Source: an uncultured Planctomycetales bacterium (GTDB lineage Bacteria > Omnitrophota > Gorgyraeia > Zapsychrales > CAYJUK01). Taken from it: a DNA stretch of 61,246 bases. The notes under the pieces are model-generated. The model saw only the letters and a list, made by a program, of their open reading frames with translations. It did no database searches and had not been told where the DNA came from. The translations under genes were made by a program, and so were the position numbers. This document shows positions 1 to 10,055 of the stretch, in pieces. The stretch is taken from contig CAYJUK010000001.1 in NCBI GenBank assembly GCA_964373335.1, positions 719 to 61,964 on the forward strand, in the 5' to 3' direction. The number at the start of each line of letters is the position of its first letter. Within the stretch, counting starts at the first letter, position 1.

Positions 1-1
1 G

Positions 2-775
2 ACCGGGATTGGGACCGTGTTCCATTTGGCCTCTATCGTCGGTGATCCAGCCTGCCAGAGATATCCGGAATTGGCCGCCGAGGTTAATCTTAAGGCTTCC
101 CATGATCTGCTGAAAAGTGCCCAGCAGCATCAGGTGAAAAGATTCATTTTCGCTTCGACCTGCAGCAATTATGGGAAGATGGATGTCAATAACGATTACG
201 TTGATGAACGGTCTCCATTACAACCCGTATCCCTTTACGCGAAATTGAAGGTGGATTTTGAGAATCACCTGCTGGAATCGAACTATCCGGATGATTTTAC
301 CGTGGTGTGTTTAAGATTCGCTACGGCTTATGGTCTGTCTCCGCGGATGAGATTTGATTTAACGGTGAATGAATTTATCAAAGATCTGTGTCTCAATAAA
401 GAGTTAGTTGTCTTTGGAGAACAGTTCTGGCGGCCTTATTGTCACATTGATGACATCGCCAGTGCCTGTATTTGCGCCCTGGAAGCAGATCGAGAGCTGG
501 TTCATAAAAATGTCTTTAATGTGGGGGATACCCAGGAGAATTATCAAAAGAAAATGATCGTTGACTTGATCAAGCAGCGATTGCCCCTGGGGAAGGTCAA
601 GTATATTCATAAAGAAGAAGATCCGCGGGATTATCGAGTCAAATTCGATAAGATTAAAGATGAGCTGCAGTTTTCGATATCTAAGAAAGTGTCGGATGGC
701 ATCGAGGAGATTATGCAGGCTATGAACTCCGGCATCTTTCAAGATCCCGAACAGAAAAAATATAAGAATTCTTAA
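2..775 (+). CDS. NAD-dependent sugar epimerase/dehydratase (extended SDR); N-terminus lies upstream of window
   Basis: Frame stays open to position 2; the M at 17 in the track is an internal GTG (Val) in ..TGIGTVFHLASIVGDP... Carries STCSNYG and catalytic YAKLK (YxxxK). First gene of the leg-type set, so possibly the 4,6-dehydratase step, but that cannot be shown here. Confidence 0.8.
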   Translation, partial: TGIGTVFHLASIVGDPACQRYPELAAEVNLKASHDLLKSAQQHQVKRFIFASTCSNYGKMDVNNDYVDERSPLQPVSLYAKLKVDFENHLLESNYPDDFTVVCLRFATAYGLSPRMRFDLTVNEFIKDLCLNKELVVFGEQFWRPYCHIDDIASACICALEADRELVHKNVFNVGDTQENYQKKMIVDLIKQRLPLGKVKYIHKEEDPRDYRVKFDKIKDELQFSISKKVSDGIEEIMQAMNSGIFQDPEQKKYKNS

Positions 776-1951
776 ATGGCGCAATCAAAATTTATTCCTT
801 TATCTGTCCCGCATATCTTCGGTCAAGAATGGCGGAAGGTCAAGCGGTGTTTTGATACGGGATGGGTTTCTTCGGCCGGACCTTTTGTCGATGAACTGGA
901 AAATGAGATTTGTCAATTGACCTCCTGTCAATACGCCGTGGCCTTGAGCAGCGGGACGGCGGCTCTGCAAGTGGCGTTAGAGGTCGTTGGGGTAGAAGCG
1001 GAGGATGAGGTGATTGTCCCCACGGTTACATTTATAGCCCCAGTGAATGCGGTGACGTATCTGGGGGCATATCCGGTTTTTATGGATTGCGATGATTATT
1101 TTAATATTGATTCTGAAAAGGTCATGACATTCTTAAATGAACAGACCTATATGAGAAACGGAGGGACTTACAATAGGAAAACTAAACGACGCGTACGCGC
1201 CATCATTCCAGTCCATATCTTTGGCAATGCCGTCCATCTTATGAGCCTAGTCCCGTTCTGCCGCAGGCGGAATATTTCGGTTGTGGAGGATGCCACAGAA
1301 AGCCTGGGCACTGTTTACAATAAAGGAATATATCAAGGAAGACATACCGGAACGATTGGAGATATCGGCTGCTATTCTTTTAATGGGAATAAGATTATCA
1401 CCGCTGGCGGTGGAGGAATGCTGGTGACTAATAATGTTCGATACGCTGAGCAGGCCAAATATTTAACGACGCAGGCCAAGGATGATGCCCTTTATTTTAT
1501 CCATAATTCTATCGGCTATAATTTCCGTTTGAATAGTCTTCAAGCGGCCATGGGGGCAGCCCAGCTGAAGGAACTGTCTAAGGTCATCCGCATCAAAAAG
1601 GTTAATTATCAAATTTACAAAGACGAACTTGACTCCATTAAAGGATTAATGTTGAGGGAGACCCCCCCGTTTGCGGATAATAACCATTGGATGTATGCCC
1701 TTCAGGTAGACGAGAAGAAGTATGGCCGATCGATTGATGATTTGATTCGTCTCTTTCAGGGGTTTAACATTGAGGTTCGGCCGCTCTGGTATTTGAATCA
1801 TCGGCAAAAACCTTATCGAGGCTGCCAAAGCTATGAGATTAAAAAAGCCCAGGTGATGCTGAAATCCACATTAAATATTCCTTGCAGCTGCGGGTTAACA
1901 AAAAATGAAATCTTCACAGTCATCAATTTTTTGAAAAAATGGAAAAGATAA
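776..1951 (+). CDS. PLP-dependent sugar aminotransferase (DegT/DnrJ/EryC1/StrS family; LegC-like position)
   Basis: SSGTAALQVAL, EDATESLG, and a PLP lysine in YSFNGNKIITAGGGGML. The ATG directly abuts the upstream TAA. Confidence 0.88.
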   Translation: MAQSKFIPLSVPHIFGQEWRKVKRCFDTGWVSSAGPFVDELENEICQLTSCQYAVALSSGTAALQVALEVVGVEAEDEVIVPTVTFIAPVNAVTYLGAYPVFMDCDDYFNIDSEKVMTFLNEQTYMRNGGTYNRKTKRRVRAIIPVHIFGNAVHLMSLVPFCRRRNISVVEDATESLGTVYNKGIYQGRHTGTIGDIGCYSFNGNKIITAGGGGMLVTNNVRYAEQAKYLTTQAKDDALYFIHNSIGYNFRLNSLQAAMGAAQLKELSKVIRIKKVNYQIYKDELDSIKGLMLRETPPFADNNHWMYALQVDEKKYGRSIDDLIRLFQGFNIEVRPLWYLNHRQKPYRGCQSYEIKKAQVMLKSTLNIPCSCGLTKNEIFTVINFLKKWKR

Positions 1952-2568
1952 TTGTTATCGGCGGGGGCGGACACGCTAAATCGGTGATCAGTGTCATTAA
2001 GAAGATGGGCCGGTTTCAAATCTTGGGGTACATTGATCTCTCGGATAAGGGACCGATTTTGGGAGTCGGTTATCTGGGGGATGACCGGCAGTTAGCGTCC
2101 ATTAAAAATCGATATCCCGATTGTCAGGCGGCCATCGGCATCGGTTATGTTGAGCTTTCTTCTAAGAGAGAAGGAATCCAGCAGCAATTATCGGCCTTAG
2201 GATTTGAATTGCCGGTTCTCATTTCGCCCACGGCTGTTATTAACGAGGATGTCCGGATTGGAAGGGGAACGGTTATTCATGATGGGGTTATTATTAATGT
2301 GGACTCGGTCATCGGGGAATGTGTTATCTTGAATACCAAAAGTTCCATCGATCACGATTGCCGGATCGGGAATTTTGTCCATATCGCTCCCGGGGCAACT
2401 CTCAATGGAGGCGTTATCATCGGGAAAAACTCAATTATAGGAACGGGAAGTACCATCATTCAGTATAAATCAGTTTGTGACAATTGTGTCATCGGGGCCG
2501 GGGCGATTGTGGTTGAGGATTGTCAGAATTCCGGGATTTATCTTGGGATCCCCGCGGAGATGAAATGA
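1939..2568 (+). CDS. sugar N-acetyltransferase, NeuD/PglD/LegH family (hexapeptide repeat)
   Basis: N-terminal IIVIGGGGHAKSVISVI lobe followed by a left-handed beta-helix repeat run (IGRGTVIHDGVIINVDSVIGECVILNTKSSIDHDCRIGNFVHIAPGATLNGGVIIGKNSIIGTGSTI). Overlaps the upstream gene by 13 nt. Confidence 0.85.
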   Translation: MEKIIVIGGGGHAKSVISVIKKMGRFQILGYIDLSDKGPILGVGYLGDDRQLASIKNRYPDCQAAIGIGYVELSSKREGIQQQLSALGFELPVLISPTAVINEDVRIGRGTVIHDGVIINVDSVIGECVILNTKSSIDHDCRIGNFVHIAPGATLNGGVIIGKNSIIGTGSTIIQYKSVCDNCVIGAGAIVVEDCQNSGIYLGIPAEMK

Positions 2569-3593
2569 ACTCAAAGTTAAGCTTTGTTTCCCAAGGGGTA
2601 TTCATTATTGCGGAAGCCGGCGTCAATCATAACGGCCAGATCGGCATGGCCAAACGTTTGATTGATACGGCCAAGTCCGCCGGGTGCGATGCCATCAAAT
2701 TTCAAACCTTCCAAGCGGAGAAATTTGTCAGCCGATTCGCCCCTAAGGCGGAATATCAAAAGAAGACCACGGATCGCCGGGAATCTCAACTGGAAATGAT
2801 CAAAAAGTTAGAACTCGATGAACAGGATCATAGGAAAATGATGGAATACTGCGTACAAAAAGGGATTATGTTTCTTTCGACTCCTTTTGATTTAGAAAGC
2901 ATCACCTTACTGCACAATCTGGGACTTAAGATATTTAAAGTTTCTTCCGGGGATATCATGAATTTACCTTATCTAAGAAAAATCGGCGGCCTGCGCGGGC
3001 AAGTGATTCTGTCTACCGGGATGGCGGAGATGGAGGATATCAAAAAGGCCTTGGAAGTCCTTATGGGGAATGGCACGAAAAAGCAGGATATCACGGTCTT
3101 GCATTGTACGACGGCCTATCCAGCGCCGTATGAAGAAGTCAATCTGCGGGCGATGCTGGCCATCCAGGAGACATTCCAGATCAAGGTTGGATATTCTGAC
3201 CATACGCAGGGGATTGAAATCTCTATCGCCGCCGTCGCATTGGGAGCCAGAGTTGTTGAAAAACATTTAACATTGGATAGACGTATGGAGGGCCCTGACC
3301 ATCAATCATCGTTAGAACCGGATGAATTTAAAGCGATGGTTCAGGCGATCAGACATGTGGAAAAGGCTATGGGCGATGGGATGAAAAGGCCTGCCGATTC
3401 CGCATTGAAGATTAGACCCGCGGCCTTAAAGAGTATCGTCGCCGCGAAGTCTATAAAAAAAAATGAGGTTATGAGTGATGAAAATATTGCCGTCAAACGG
3501 CCGGGGACAGGCATCAGCCCTATGAGATGGGATGAGGTTTTGGGGAAAAAGGCTGTCCGTGATTTTGCCGCTGATGAACTCATTGAGATCTAG
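2565..3593 (+). CDS. legI: NeuB-family nonulosonic acid synthase, probable legionaminic acid synthase
   Basis: The ATG at 2565 forms an ATGA overlap with the upstream stop; the track start at 2520 is a TTG inside the upstream gene. Motifs: IIAEAGVNHNG, DAIKFQTF, YSDHT, and a C-terminal SAF-like domain (VKRPGTGISP). The leg assignment comes from context (PtmE-like gene, gene order). Confidence 0.85.
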   Translation: MNSKLSFVSQGVFIIAEAGVNHNGQIGMAKRLIDTAKSAGCDAIKFQTFQAEKFVSRFAPKAEYQKKTTDRRESQLEMIKKLELDEQDHRKMMEYCVQKGIMFLSTPFDLESITLLHNLGLKIFKVSSGDIMNLPYLRKIGGLRGQVILSTGMAEMEDIKKALEVLMGNGTKKQDITVLHCTTAYPAPYEEVNLRAMLAIQETFQIKVGYSDHTQGIEISIAAVALGARVVEKHLTLDRRMEGPDHQSSLEPDEFKAMVQAIRHVEKAMGDGMKRPADSALKIRPAALKSIVAAKSIKKNEVMSDENIAVKRPGTGISPMRWDEVLGKKAVRDFAADELIEI

Positions 3594-3674
3594 CTCAAAT
3601 GATTCCTATGCGAAAGGGAGAGATGAATAGGAAGGAAAGCCTTTATCAGCGAATACCTTTTTGGGGTAAGAAAC

Positions 3675-4880
3675 ATGAGTAGGAAGATTGTTGTCTTCAC
3701 CGGAAACAGATCAGAATATGGTTTATTAAGACCGGTCATTAAGGAATTGTGTCGGGAGGCATCCTTTGAGATATCTTTGATTATTTCCGCGAGTCATCTG
3801 GATCGAGATTTTGGCGAGACTTTAGATGAAATAGAATTGAGAGACATCAGGAAGATCAAGAAGATCAAGAAGATTAAGATGAGGGATGTTTCTCAAGATG
3901 GGAAATCTATTCTTTTTCAAACAATCTCAACGATTGTGGATAAGGGAAGTAAAATCTTAAAGGATCTGAACCCGGATTTTATTATTTTAGCTGGGGACCG
4001 GTACGAAACGTTTGCCATGGCGATCGCGGCTTTTTATATGAATATCCCCATTGCTCATCTCTTTGGTGGGGATCTGACTGAAGGGGGCCACTTTGATGAT
4101 TCTGTCCGTCACAGTATTACTAAATTGGCGCACCTGCATTTTACCAGCAATGAGGACTCTTACCAAAGGGTTCTGGGACTCGGGGAGGAAAGATGGCGTG
4201 TTTTTAATGCCGGTTCACCGGCCGTGGATAATTTCAAAAATAAAGAATATGCGTTTCCAGAAGAATTGGCCCGGGAATTTAAGATCGATTTAAATCAACC
4301 TATTGTCCTTTTCACCCAGCATCCGGTGGCAGCACAGATCGATGCGGCCTACGAACAAGCCAAACAAAGTTTGGAGGCCTTGAAGGAATTGCGTTTTCAG
4401 ACAATGATTACCTATCCTTGTCCTGATCCTGGCAGTGAAGATATGATCAAGGCCATTGAGGAATATGCGGATGTTGCTTATTTCCGCATTCAGAAGAGTC
4501 TGGGAGTCAAGCGTTACTTTGGGTTCCTGGCCATTGCCTCTGTTGTCGTGGGGAATTCTAGCAGCGGTATCATTGAGACGCCTCTTTTTAAGGTGCCTTG
4601 TGTGAATATCGGGACAAGGCAAAAAGGAAGGCTTCGCGCCGAGAATGTCATTGATGTCATTTATGACAAGGAGCAAATTAAAAACGCCGTCAGGAAGGCG
4701 ATCGAGGATAAAGGATTTAAAGATAAGGTGCGGGGCTGTGTGAACCCTTATGGCCAGGGGAGTCCTTCTCAATTCATTGTCAATAAGCTCAAGACCATTC
4801 CCATCAACAGGCTGATAATTCAAAAGAGAATGGAGATCCGGGATTCTCAGGATAATAAATCAATGCTATCCGTATCTTAA
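3675..4880 (+). CDS. legG: hydrolysing NDP-sugar 2-epimerase (NeuC/LegG family)
   Basis: VVFTGNRSEYGLLRPVI N-terminus, LAGDRYE, HLFGGDLTEGG..DDSVRHSITKLAHLHF. Contains an in-frame KIK repeat insert (see the repeat feature). Confidence 0.85.
   Translation: MSRKIVVFTGNRSEYGLLRPVIKELCREASFEISLIISASHLDRDFGETLDEIELRDIRKIKKIKKIKMRDVSQDGKSILFQTISTIVDKGSKILKDLNPDFIILAGDRYETFAMAIAAFYMNIPIAHLFGGDLTEGGHFDDSVRHSITKLAHLHFTSNEDSYQRVLGLGEERWRVFNAGSPAVDNFKNKEYAFPEELAREFKIDLNQPIVLFTQHPVAAQIDAAYEQAKQSLEALKELRFQTMITYPCPDPGSEDMIKAIEEYADVAYFRIQKSLGVKRYFGFLAIASVVVGNSSSGIIETPLFKVPCVNIGTRQKGRLRAENVIDVIYDKEQIKNAVRKAIEDKGFKDKVRGCVNPYGQGSPSQFIVNKLKTIPINRLIIQKRMEIRDSQDNKSMLSVS
3852..3878 (+). repeat. in-frame 9-bp tandem repeat x3 (aagatcaag aagatcaag aagattaag) encoding KIKKIKKIK inside legG
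   Basis: Read directly from the sequence; the third unit has one C>T change. Confidence 0.9.
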
Positions 4881-4954
4881 GTTCATTTCACCGAAACTAT
4901 GGTCAGTGGTTCACGATTAGTTGGGTATCTTAGGACAAGGGATTTTATTAATCG

Positions 4955-6025
4955 ATGACTGAACTCTTAAAGAAGTTTTTTATAAAAGAAAATGTCACCG
5001 TTAAGCAAGCGATGCGGCAGATGGGGCGGACGGCCAAGAGAGTCTTGTTTATTGTTGATGATCAACAGAAATTATTGGGCTCATTAACAGATGGGGATAT
5101 TCGTCGCTGGGTCTTAGCCGGAGGCAGACTCTCGGATACCATTCACAAGGCTTATAATAAGAAACCCATCTTTGTTAAACAGCATTATAAAGATGAGAGC
5201 GTGAAAAAGATCATGCTGCATGACCGTATTGAATCTATCCCAGTGGTCGATCAAAACAATATGATAAAGAAAATCCTGCTATGGAATCATCTATTTGACG
5301 GTCATGCAAAAACAATTTATAAGCAGATTGATACCCCCGTTGTTATTATGGCCGGCGGGAAGGGTACCCGATTAGATCCCTACACGCGGGTGCTGCCCAA
5401 ACCCCTTGTTCCTATTGGGGAAAAGACGATCCTGGAATTAATCATTGAGAGATTTGTCAGCTTCGGGGTAGAGGAATTCTATTTATCTATTCATCATAAA
5501 TCCCGTATGATCAAGGCCTATTTTGAGGAAATTAGTCCCAATTTTAAAATCCATTATATCGAAGAAAAAAAGCCTTTAGGAACAGCCGGTAGCCTAAGGC
5601 TTCTCTATAATAAAGTTAAGGGATCCATTATGGTTTCTAACTGCGACATCATGATTGAAACCGATTATTCTGCCTTGCTCGAGTTTCATGAGTCTCAAGA
5701 GTATGATCTTTCGGTTGTCGGCTCTTTTCGTCATTATACTATCCCTTACGGGGTCTGCTCTATTGAGAATGGCGGAAGTCTCCGGGAAATTCATGAGAAA
5801 CCCGAATATGACTTTTTGGCCAATACGGGGATGTACGTCCTTAATGATCGCGTGTTGGGATTGATCCCAGTGAACAAGCTTTTTCATATGACGGATTTAA
5901 TCAAGAGGATCAAAAAAGAAAAGGGTAAGGTGGGTCTTTATCCTATCGATGAAAAATCCTGGGTCGATATTGGTCAATTAGAAGAATATCATCGAGTCCT
6001 TAAACAGCTAGAGATTAACCGATGA
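4955..6025 (+). CDS. ptmE: CBS-domain sugar-1-phosphate nucleotidyltransferase (PtmE-like)
   Basis: Two CBS-like repeats (LGSLTDGDIRRW; IESIPVVDQNN) followed by an NTP-transferase core, VVIMAGGKGTRLDPYTRVLPKPLVPIG. Same architecture and position as C. jejuni PtmE in the GDP-GlcNAc branch of legionaminic acid synthesis. Confidence 0.8.
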   Translation: MTELLKKFFIKENVTVKQAMRQMGRTAKRVLFIVDDQQKLLGSLTDGDIRRWVLAGGRLSDTIHKAYNKKPIFVKQHYKDESVKKIMLHDRIESIPVVDQNNMIKKILLWNHLFDGHAKTIYKQIDTPVVIMAGGKGTRLDPYTRVLPKPLVPIGEKTILELIIERFVSFGVEEFYLSIHHKSRMIKAYFEEISPNFKIHYIEEKKPLGTAGSLRLLYNKVKGSIMVSNCDIMIETDYSALLEFHESQEYDLSVVGSFRHYTIPYGVCSIENGGSLREIHEKPEYDFLANTGMYVLNDRVLGLIPVNKLFHMTDLIKRIKKEKGKVGLYPIDEKSWVDIGQLEEYHRVLKQLEINR

Positions 6026-6972
6026 AGATCATCTTTTTTGGCCTCGGGTCATCAGGACTGAGACACGCCCGACGCCTCAATCAATATAAAAATATAGAGC
6101 TCTACGCTTTTCGGACCGGGAAAGGACAAAAAAAGGTAACGATCAAGACGAAAGAAGTGAGGGCCTGGGAGGATATTGATCGGATCAAACCGGATGTCGC
6201 CTTTATCACCAATCCAACTTCATTACATGTGAAGACAGCCTTAGCGTGCGCCCGTAGAAATATGGATCTCTTTATCGAGAAACCTTTGGATAGTCAGATA
6301 AAAGATCTGGATCAATTTCTGAAGATCGTGAGAAAGAAAAATATTGTCACGTATGTCGCTTATGTCTTAAGGTTCCATCCGGTTATTCAGGAGTTGAGAA
6401 AATATATCCGGAAATATCCCTATTTACATATGCGGGTGACAGCCACATCCCTGCTTTACGGATGGCGGCCTTACGAAGACGTGAAAAAAAGCTATTCTTC
6501 CTTTAAGGAAATGGGAGGAGGCGTAATCTACGATCTCTCCCACGAGATTGACTATGCCCAATATCTTTTGGGGGATATCAAGAATATGCAAGGGCAGTTT
6601 TCCCGCCGCAGTCATATGACGGTAGATTCGGAAGATTACGCCGACTTCTTGATCCAAACCCAGAAGGGACCGGTGAATATTCATATGAATTTCTTGAGTC
6701 AATTATGGCAGCGTATTATTCAAGTTGATTTTAAGGGTAGGACTGTTATCGGAGATTTAAGAAAAAGCACGATTGTAGAGTATCAAAATAATAAAATCGT
6801 TAAGACGAAGCAGTTTGCCTATGGGACCAGGGAGTGTTTTGGTCTGCAGATAAAATATTTTCTTAAAAATTGGAAGGATAAGAACTCCCGGATGATGAAT
6901 AATGTTTTTGAGGCGGCAAAATTATTAAGAATAATATACCGCTTCAAAAAATCTCAGGAGCAATATGCCTAA
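6022..6972 (+). CDS. Gfo/Idh/MocA-family oxidoreductase (PtmF-like position)
   Basis: ATGA overlap with the upstream gene. N-terminal Rossmann KIIFFGLGSSGLRHARRL and an EKP motif (FIEKPLD). Confidence 0.75.
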   Translation: MKIIFFGLGSSGLRHARRLNQYKNIELYAFRTGKGQKKVTIKTKEVRAWEDIDRIKPDVAFITNPTSLHVKTALACARRNMDLFIEKPLDSQIKDLDQFLKIVRKKNIVTYVAYVLRFHPVIQELRKYIRKYPYLHMRVTATSLLYGWRPYEDVKKSYSSFKEMGGGVIYDLSHEIDYAQYLLGDIKNMQGQFSRRSHMTVDSEDYADFLIQTQKGPVNIHMNFLSQLWQRIIQVDFKGRTVIGDLRKSTIVEYQNNKIVKTKQFAYGTRECFGLQIKYFLKNWKDKNSRMMNNVFEAAKLLRIIYRFKKSQEQYA

Positions 6973-7678
6973 TATCTTATTGACCATAGCAGCCAGGGGG
7001 GGATCGAAGGGAGTCAAAGGAAAAAACCTCCGACCCCTTTTGGGAAAACCCCTGATTGCGCATACCATCGAACAGGCCCTTCAGTGGGGGAAGGCCAAAC
7101 AGGTGGTGGTGACGACCGATTCCCCTGACATCGCCCGGATTGCTAAAGACTATGGGGCCCAGGTCCCTTTTCTGCGTCCGGTGGAATTGGCGGATGATCA
7201 TGCCGCCAAGGGTCCGGTTCTGCAGCACGCCTTATTAAATTGCGAAAGGATTTTTAAAGAGCAATTTGATGTTGTGGTGGATTTGGATCCTACCTGCCCC
7301 ATGAGATCAGCGGAAGATTTAGATCATTGCCTGGACATCTTCCTTAAGGATAAACCTAAAACTCTTTTTAGTGTTGTCGCCGCTCATAAAAATCCTTATT
7401 TCAATATGGTTGAGCTTAAAGAAAACGGAAATTATGAATTGTGTAAAAAATTCGATAAGCCGTTTTATTGCCGGCAAGATGCCCCGAAAGTTTATGCGAT
7501 GAATGCCTCTATTTATTTGTATGAGAGGGATTTTCTTCTTAAGACCGCAGTCCCTTCTCCTTTCAGCGATCGGACCAGGATTTATGTGATGAACGAAGAT
7601 TGTGGGATCGATATTGATCGAGAGGTTGATTTTAGGTTGGTTGAATTCTTATTTAAAGAGAAGCTAGTGGAACGATGA
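6965..7678 (+). CDS. legF: CMP-nonulosonic acid synthetase (acylneuraminate cytidylyltransferase family; LegF/PtmB-like)
   Basis: LTIAARGGSKGVKGKNLRPLLGKPLIAHTI P-loop-like N-terminus typical of NeuA/CTP_transf_3 enzymes. 8-nt overlap with the upstream gene. Confidence 0.82.
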   Translation: MPNILLTIAARGGSKGVKGKNLRPLLGKPLIAHTIEQALQWGKAKQVVVTTDSPDIARIAKDYGAQVPFLRPVELADDHAAKGPVLQHALLNCERIFKEQFDVVVDLDPTCPMRSAEDLDHCLDIFLKDKPKTLFSVVAAHKNPYFNMVELKENGNYELCKKFDKPFYCRQDAPKVYAMNASIYLYERDFLLKTAVPSPFSDRTRIYVMNEDCGIDIDREVDFRLVEFLFKEKLVER

Positions 7679-8478
7679 TCAATTATCTGGAAAAGTTCTT
7701 TCTCAAAGGGAAAACAGCGTTTATAACCGGCGGGGCGGGGTTAATTGGCAGCGAGGTCTCAAAGGCTTTAGCGAGTGCGGGTGCTCAAGTGATCATATTA
7801 GACATTGATCTCAAGAAAAGTCAAACGCTGGTGAGAGAGATTCAGAGGGCAGGACATAACGCCAGCTATGAATTTTTTGATATGACCCGGATGAAAATTT
7901 TTGAGAGGAAGATTGAGCTGCTGGTGCGAAAATATCACGGAGCTGATATCTGGGTCAATATGGCGTATCCACGAACGAAAGATTGGAGTGATCCTATAGA
8001 GGAAGTCACTCTTAGCAATTTAAGAAACAATGTGGACATTCAGACGAATTCCTACGCGTGGTCATCGCGGATCATCGCTTTAAATATGAAAAAGAGAAAA
8101 ACGAAAGGAGTGATTATCAATTGCGGTTCGATTTATGGCGTGGTCGCCAATGATTTTACAATTTATGAAGGAACTAAGATGACCGGGCCTATGGCCTATT
8201 CCTTGATTAAAGGGGGAATTGTTCATTTCACCCGTTATATGGCTTCTTATTTTGGGAGATTCGGTATCCGTTTTAATAGTGTCTGTCCCGGGGCCATTGT
8301 CTATCAAGAAGATCAGATCAACCCCATTTTTCTTAAGAACTATAAAAAGAGAGTTCCCCTCAATCGATTGTGCCGAGCCGAAGATATAGCCTGCGGAACC
8401 CTCTTTTTAGCCAGCGATGCCGCTGCTTATGTTACTGGCCATACCTTAATGGTTGACGGGGGATGGACAATTATATGA
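7675..8478 (+). CDS. short-chain dehydrogenase/reductase (PtmA-like position)
   Basis: ATGA overlap. TGGAGLIGS cofactor motif and catalytic YSLIK (YxxxK). Confidence 0.8.
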   Translation: MINYLEKFFLKGKTAFITGGAGLIGSEVSKALASAGAQVIILDIDLKKSQTLVREIQRAGHNASYEFFDMTRMKIFERKIELLVRKYHGADIWVNMAYPRTKDWSDPIEEVTLSNLRNNVDIQTNSYAWSSRIIALNMKKRKTKGVIINCGSIYGVVANDFTIYEGTKMTGPMAYSLIKGGIVHFTRYMASYFGRFGIRFNSVCPGAIVYQEDQINPIFLKNYKKRVPLNRLCRAEDIACGTLFLASDAAAYVTGHTLMVDGGWTII

Positions 8479-9359
8479 AAAATATCCGTGTGATTGCTCG
8501 ATTGGATATCAAAGGTCCCAATCTGGTGAAAGGGATTCATCTCGAAGGTCTACGCGTGCTGGGTAAGCCTGAACATTTTGCCCGTTATTATTATGAAAAC
8601 GGTGCGGATGAATTATTCTATATGGATTTAGTGGCCAGTCTTTATGGCCGCAACAGCCTGCTGCATATTATTCAAAAGACGGCGCAAGAGACCTTTATTC
8701 CCTTGACCGTTGGGGGAGGGTTAAGAACCGTTGAGGATATCAATGCGGTCTTGCGGGCAGGAGCCGATAAGGTCTCGATCAACACCGCTGCCATCAATAA
8801 TCCCCTGTTCATTCAAGAGGCGGCGAAAAGATTCGGTTCTTCAACAATTATCGTAACTATTGAAGCGATCAAACAAGCGGATGGCAGATACTTGGTTTTT
8901 ACCAATAACGGCCGGGAACATACCGGCCGAGAGGTTGTGCAATGGGCGTGTCAGGTCGAAGCGTTAGGGGCGGGAGAGATTATGCTGACTTCTGTTGATA
9001 GAGAAGGGACAGGTCTGGGGTATGATATTGAGCTGACCAAGATGGTCTCTGAAGGTGTCTCTATTCCCGTGATCGCTTGCGGTGGCGCCGGAAAACTGGA
9101 ACATATCAGCGATGTTATTCTTCAAGGCCATGCGGATGCGGTCACTATCGCGTCTATGCTGCATTATGATTTCATTTATAATCATCGCCATGAAGCGATG
9201 GGGGCTGATTATTCTGAGGAAGGGAATATTGAGTTTTTAAAAAGCGGGACTCTTTTTACGAAAATTCAATATTCGAATATCAGTTCGATTAAATCTTATT
9301 TATTATCAAAGGCTATTTCTTGCCGTCATGAGATTGAAGAGAAGACGCTGAGGGTTTAG
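8475..9359 (+). CDS. imidazole glycerol phosphate synthase cyclase-subunit paralogue (HisF/WbuZ-like) for acetamidino-sugar formation
   Basis: The ATG at 8475 gives an ATGA overlap; the track start at 8463 is also possible. Motifs: [33 protein letters not shown]. Paired with a HisH-like gene and a PP-loop amidotransferase rather than with his genes. Confidence 0.85.
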   Translation: MKNIRVIARLDIKGPNLVKGIHLEGLRVLGKPEHFARYYYENGADELFYMDLVASLYGRNSLLHIIQKTAQETFIPLTVGGGLRTVEDINAVLRAGADKVSINTAAINNPLFIQEAAKRFGSSTIIVTIEAIKQADGRYLVFTNNGREHTGREVVQWACQVEALGAGEIMLTSVDREGTGLGYDIELTKMVSEGVSIPVIACGGAGKLEHISDVILQGHADAVTIASMLHYDFIYNHRHEAMGADYSEEGNIEFLKSGTLFTKIQYSNISSIKSYLLSKAISCRHEIEEKTLRV

Positions 9360-9364
9360 AACCA

Positions 9365-10039
9365 ATGTCCATTAACATTGCTATAGTTGATTTTCAGATG
9401 GGGAATCTTAATAGTGTGCAAAGGGCATGCACCTCGGTAGGATTAATTGCGAAAATTGTCAATGAGAAGCAGGAAATTTTAGATGCCGATGGTGTTATTA
9501 TCCCCGGCGTAGGGGCCTTTGGAGATGCCATGATCAATCTGGAAAGACTTGATCTCATTAATACGATTAGGGAGATCATTGATCAAGGGAAGCCGGTTAT
9601 GGGGATCTGTTTGGGGATGCAGTTATTGATGTCGAATAGCGAAGAATTTGGCTGGCACAAAGGGTTAGATCTCTTCCCGGGGGCGGTGGTGAGATTCCCG
9701 GCGACTGGGGATAATAATAGGAAGATAAAAGTTCCCCAGGTCGGCTGGAGCGAGATTTATCCGCCTCTTTCTGATCAAGAGGATTTTGGGGAAGATTCTT
9801 TCTTAAAAGGCATTCAGCGCGGGGAATATATGTATTTTGTGCATTCTTATTATGCCCAGCCGGAACAATCAGAACTCATCATCGCTGCTTCCAGATATGA
9901 AGGAATCAAATATTGTTCTGCTATTCAATGGAAGAACGTCTTCGCTACCCAATTCCATCCGGAGAAAAGCGGCCGGGAGGGGTTAAAGATTTATCAAAAC
10001 TGGGCGCATCAAAACTGGGATATCGATAAAACCATATAA
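9365..10039 (+). CDS. class I glutamine amidotransferase, HisH/WbuY-like
   Basis: IIPGVGAFG, catalytic Cys in GICLGMQLL, and FATQFHPEKS. Confidence 0.87.
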   Translation: MSINIAIVDFQMGNLNSVQRACTSVGLIAKIVNEKQEILDADGVIIPGVGAFGDAMINLERLDLINTIREIIDQGKPVMGICLGMQLLMSNSEEFGWHKGLDLFPGAVVRFPATGDNNRKIKVPQVGWSEIYPPLSDQEDFGEDSFLKGIQRGEYMYFVHSYYAQPEQSELIIAASRYEGIKYCSAIQWKNVFATQFHPEKSGREGLKIYQNWAHQNWDIDKTI

Positions 10040-10055
10040 ACCAGGGAGATCAATA

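Noticed and set aside
8475-10039. HisF/HisH homologues as histidine biosynthesis genes.
   Set aside because: No other his genes are adjacent. They directly precede a PP-loop N-acetyl sugar amidotransferase, which is the arrangement used for acetamidino sugars.
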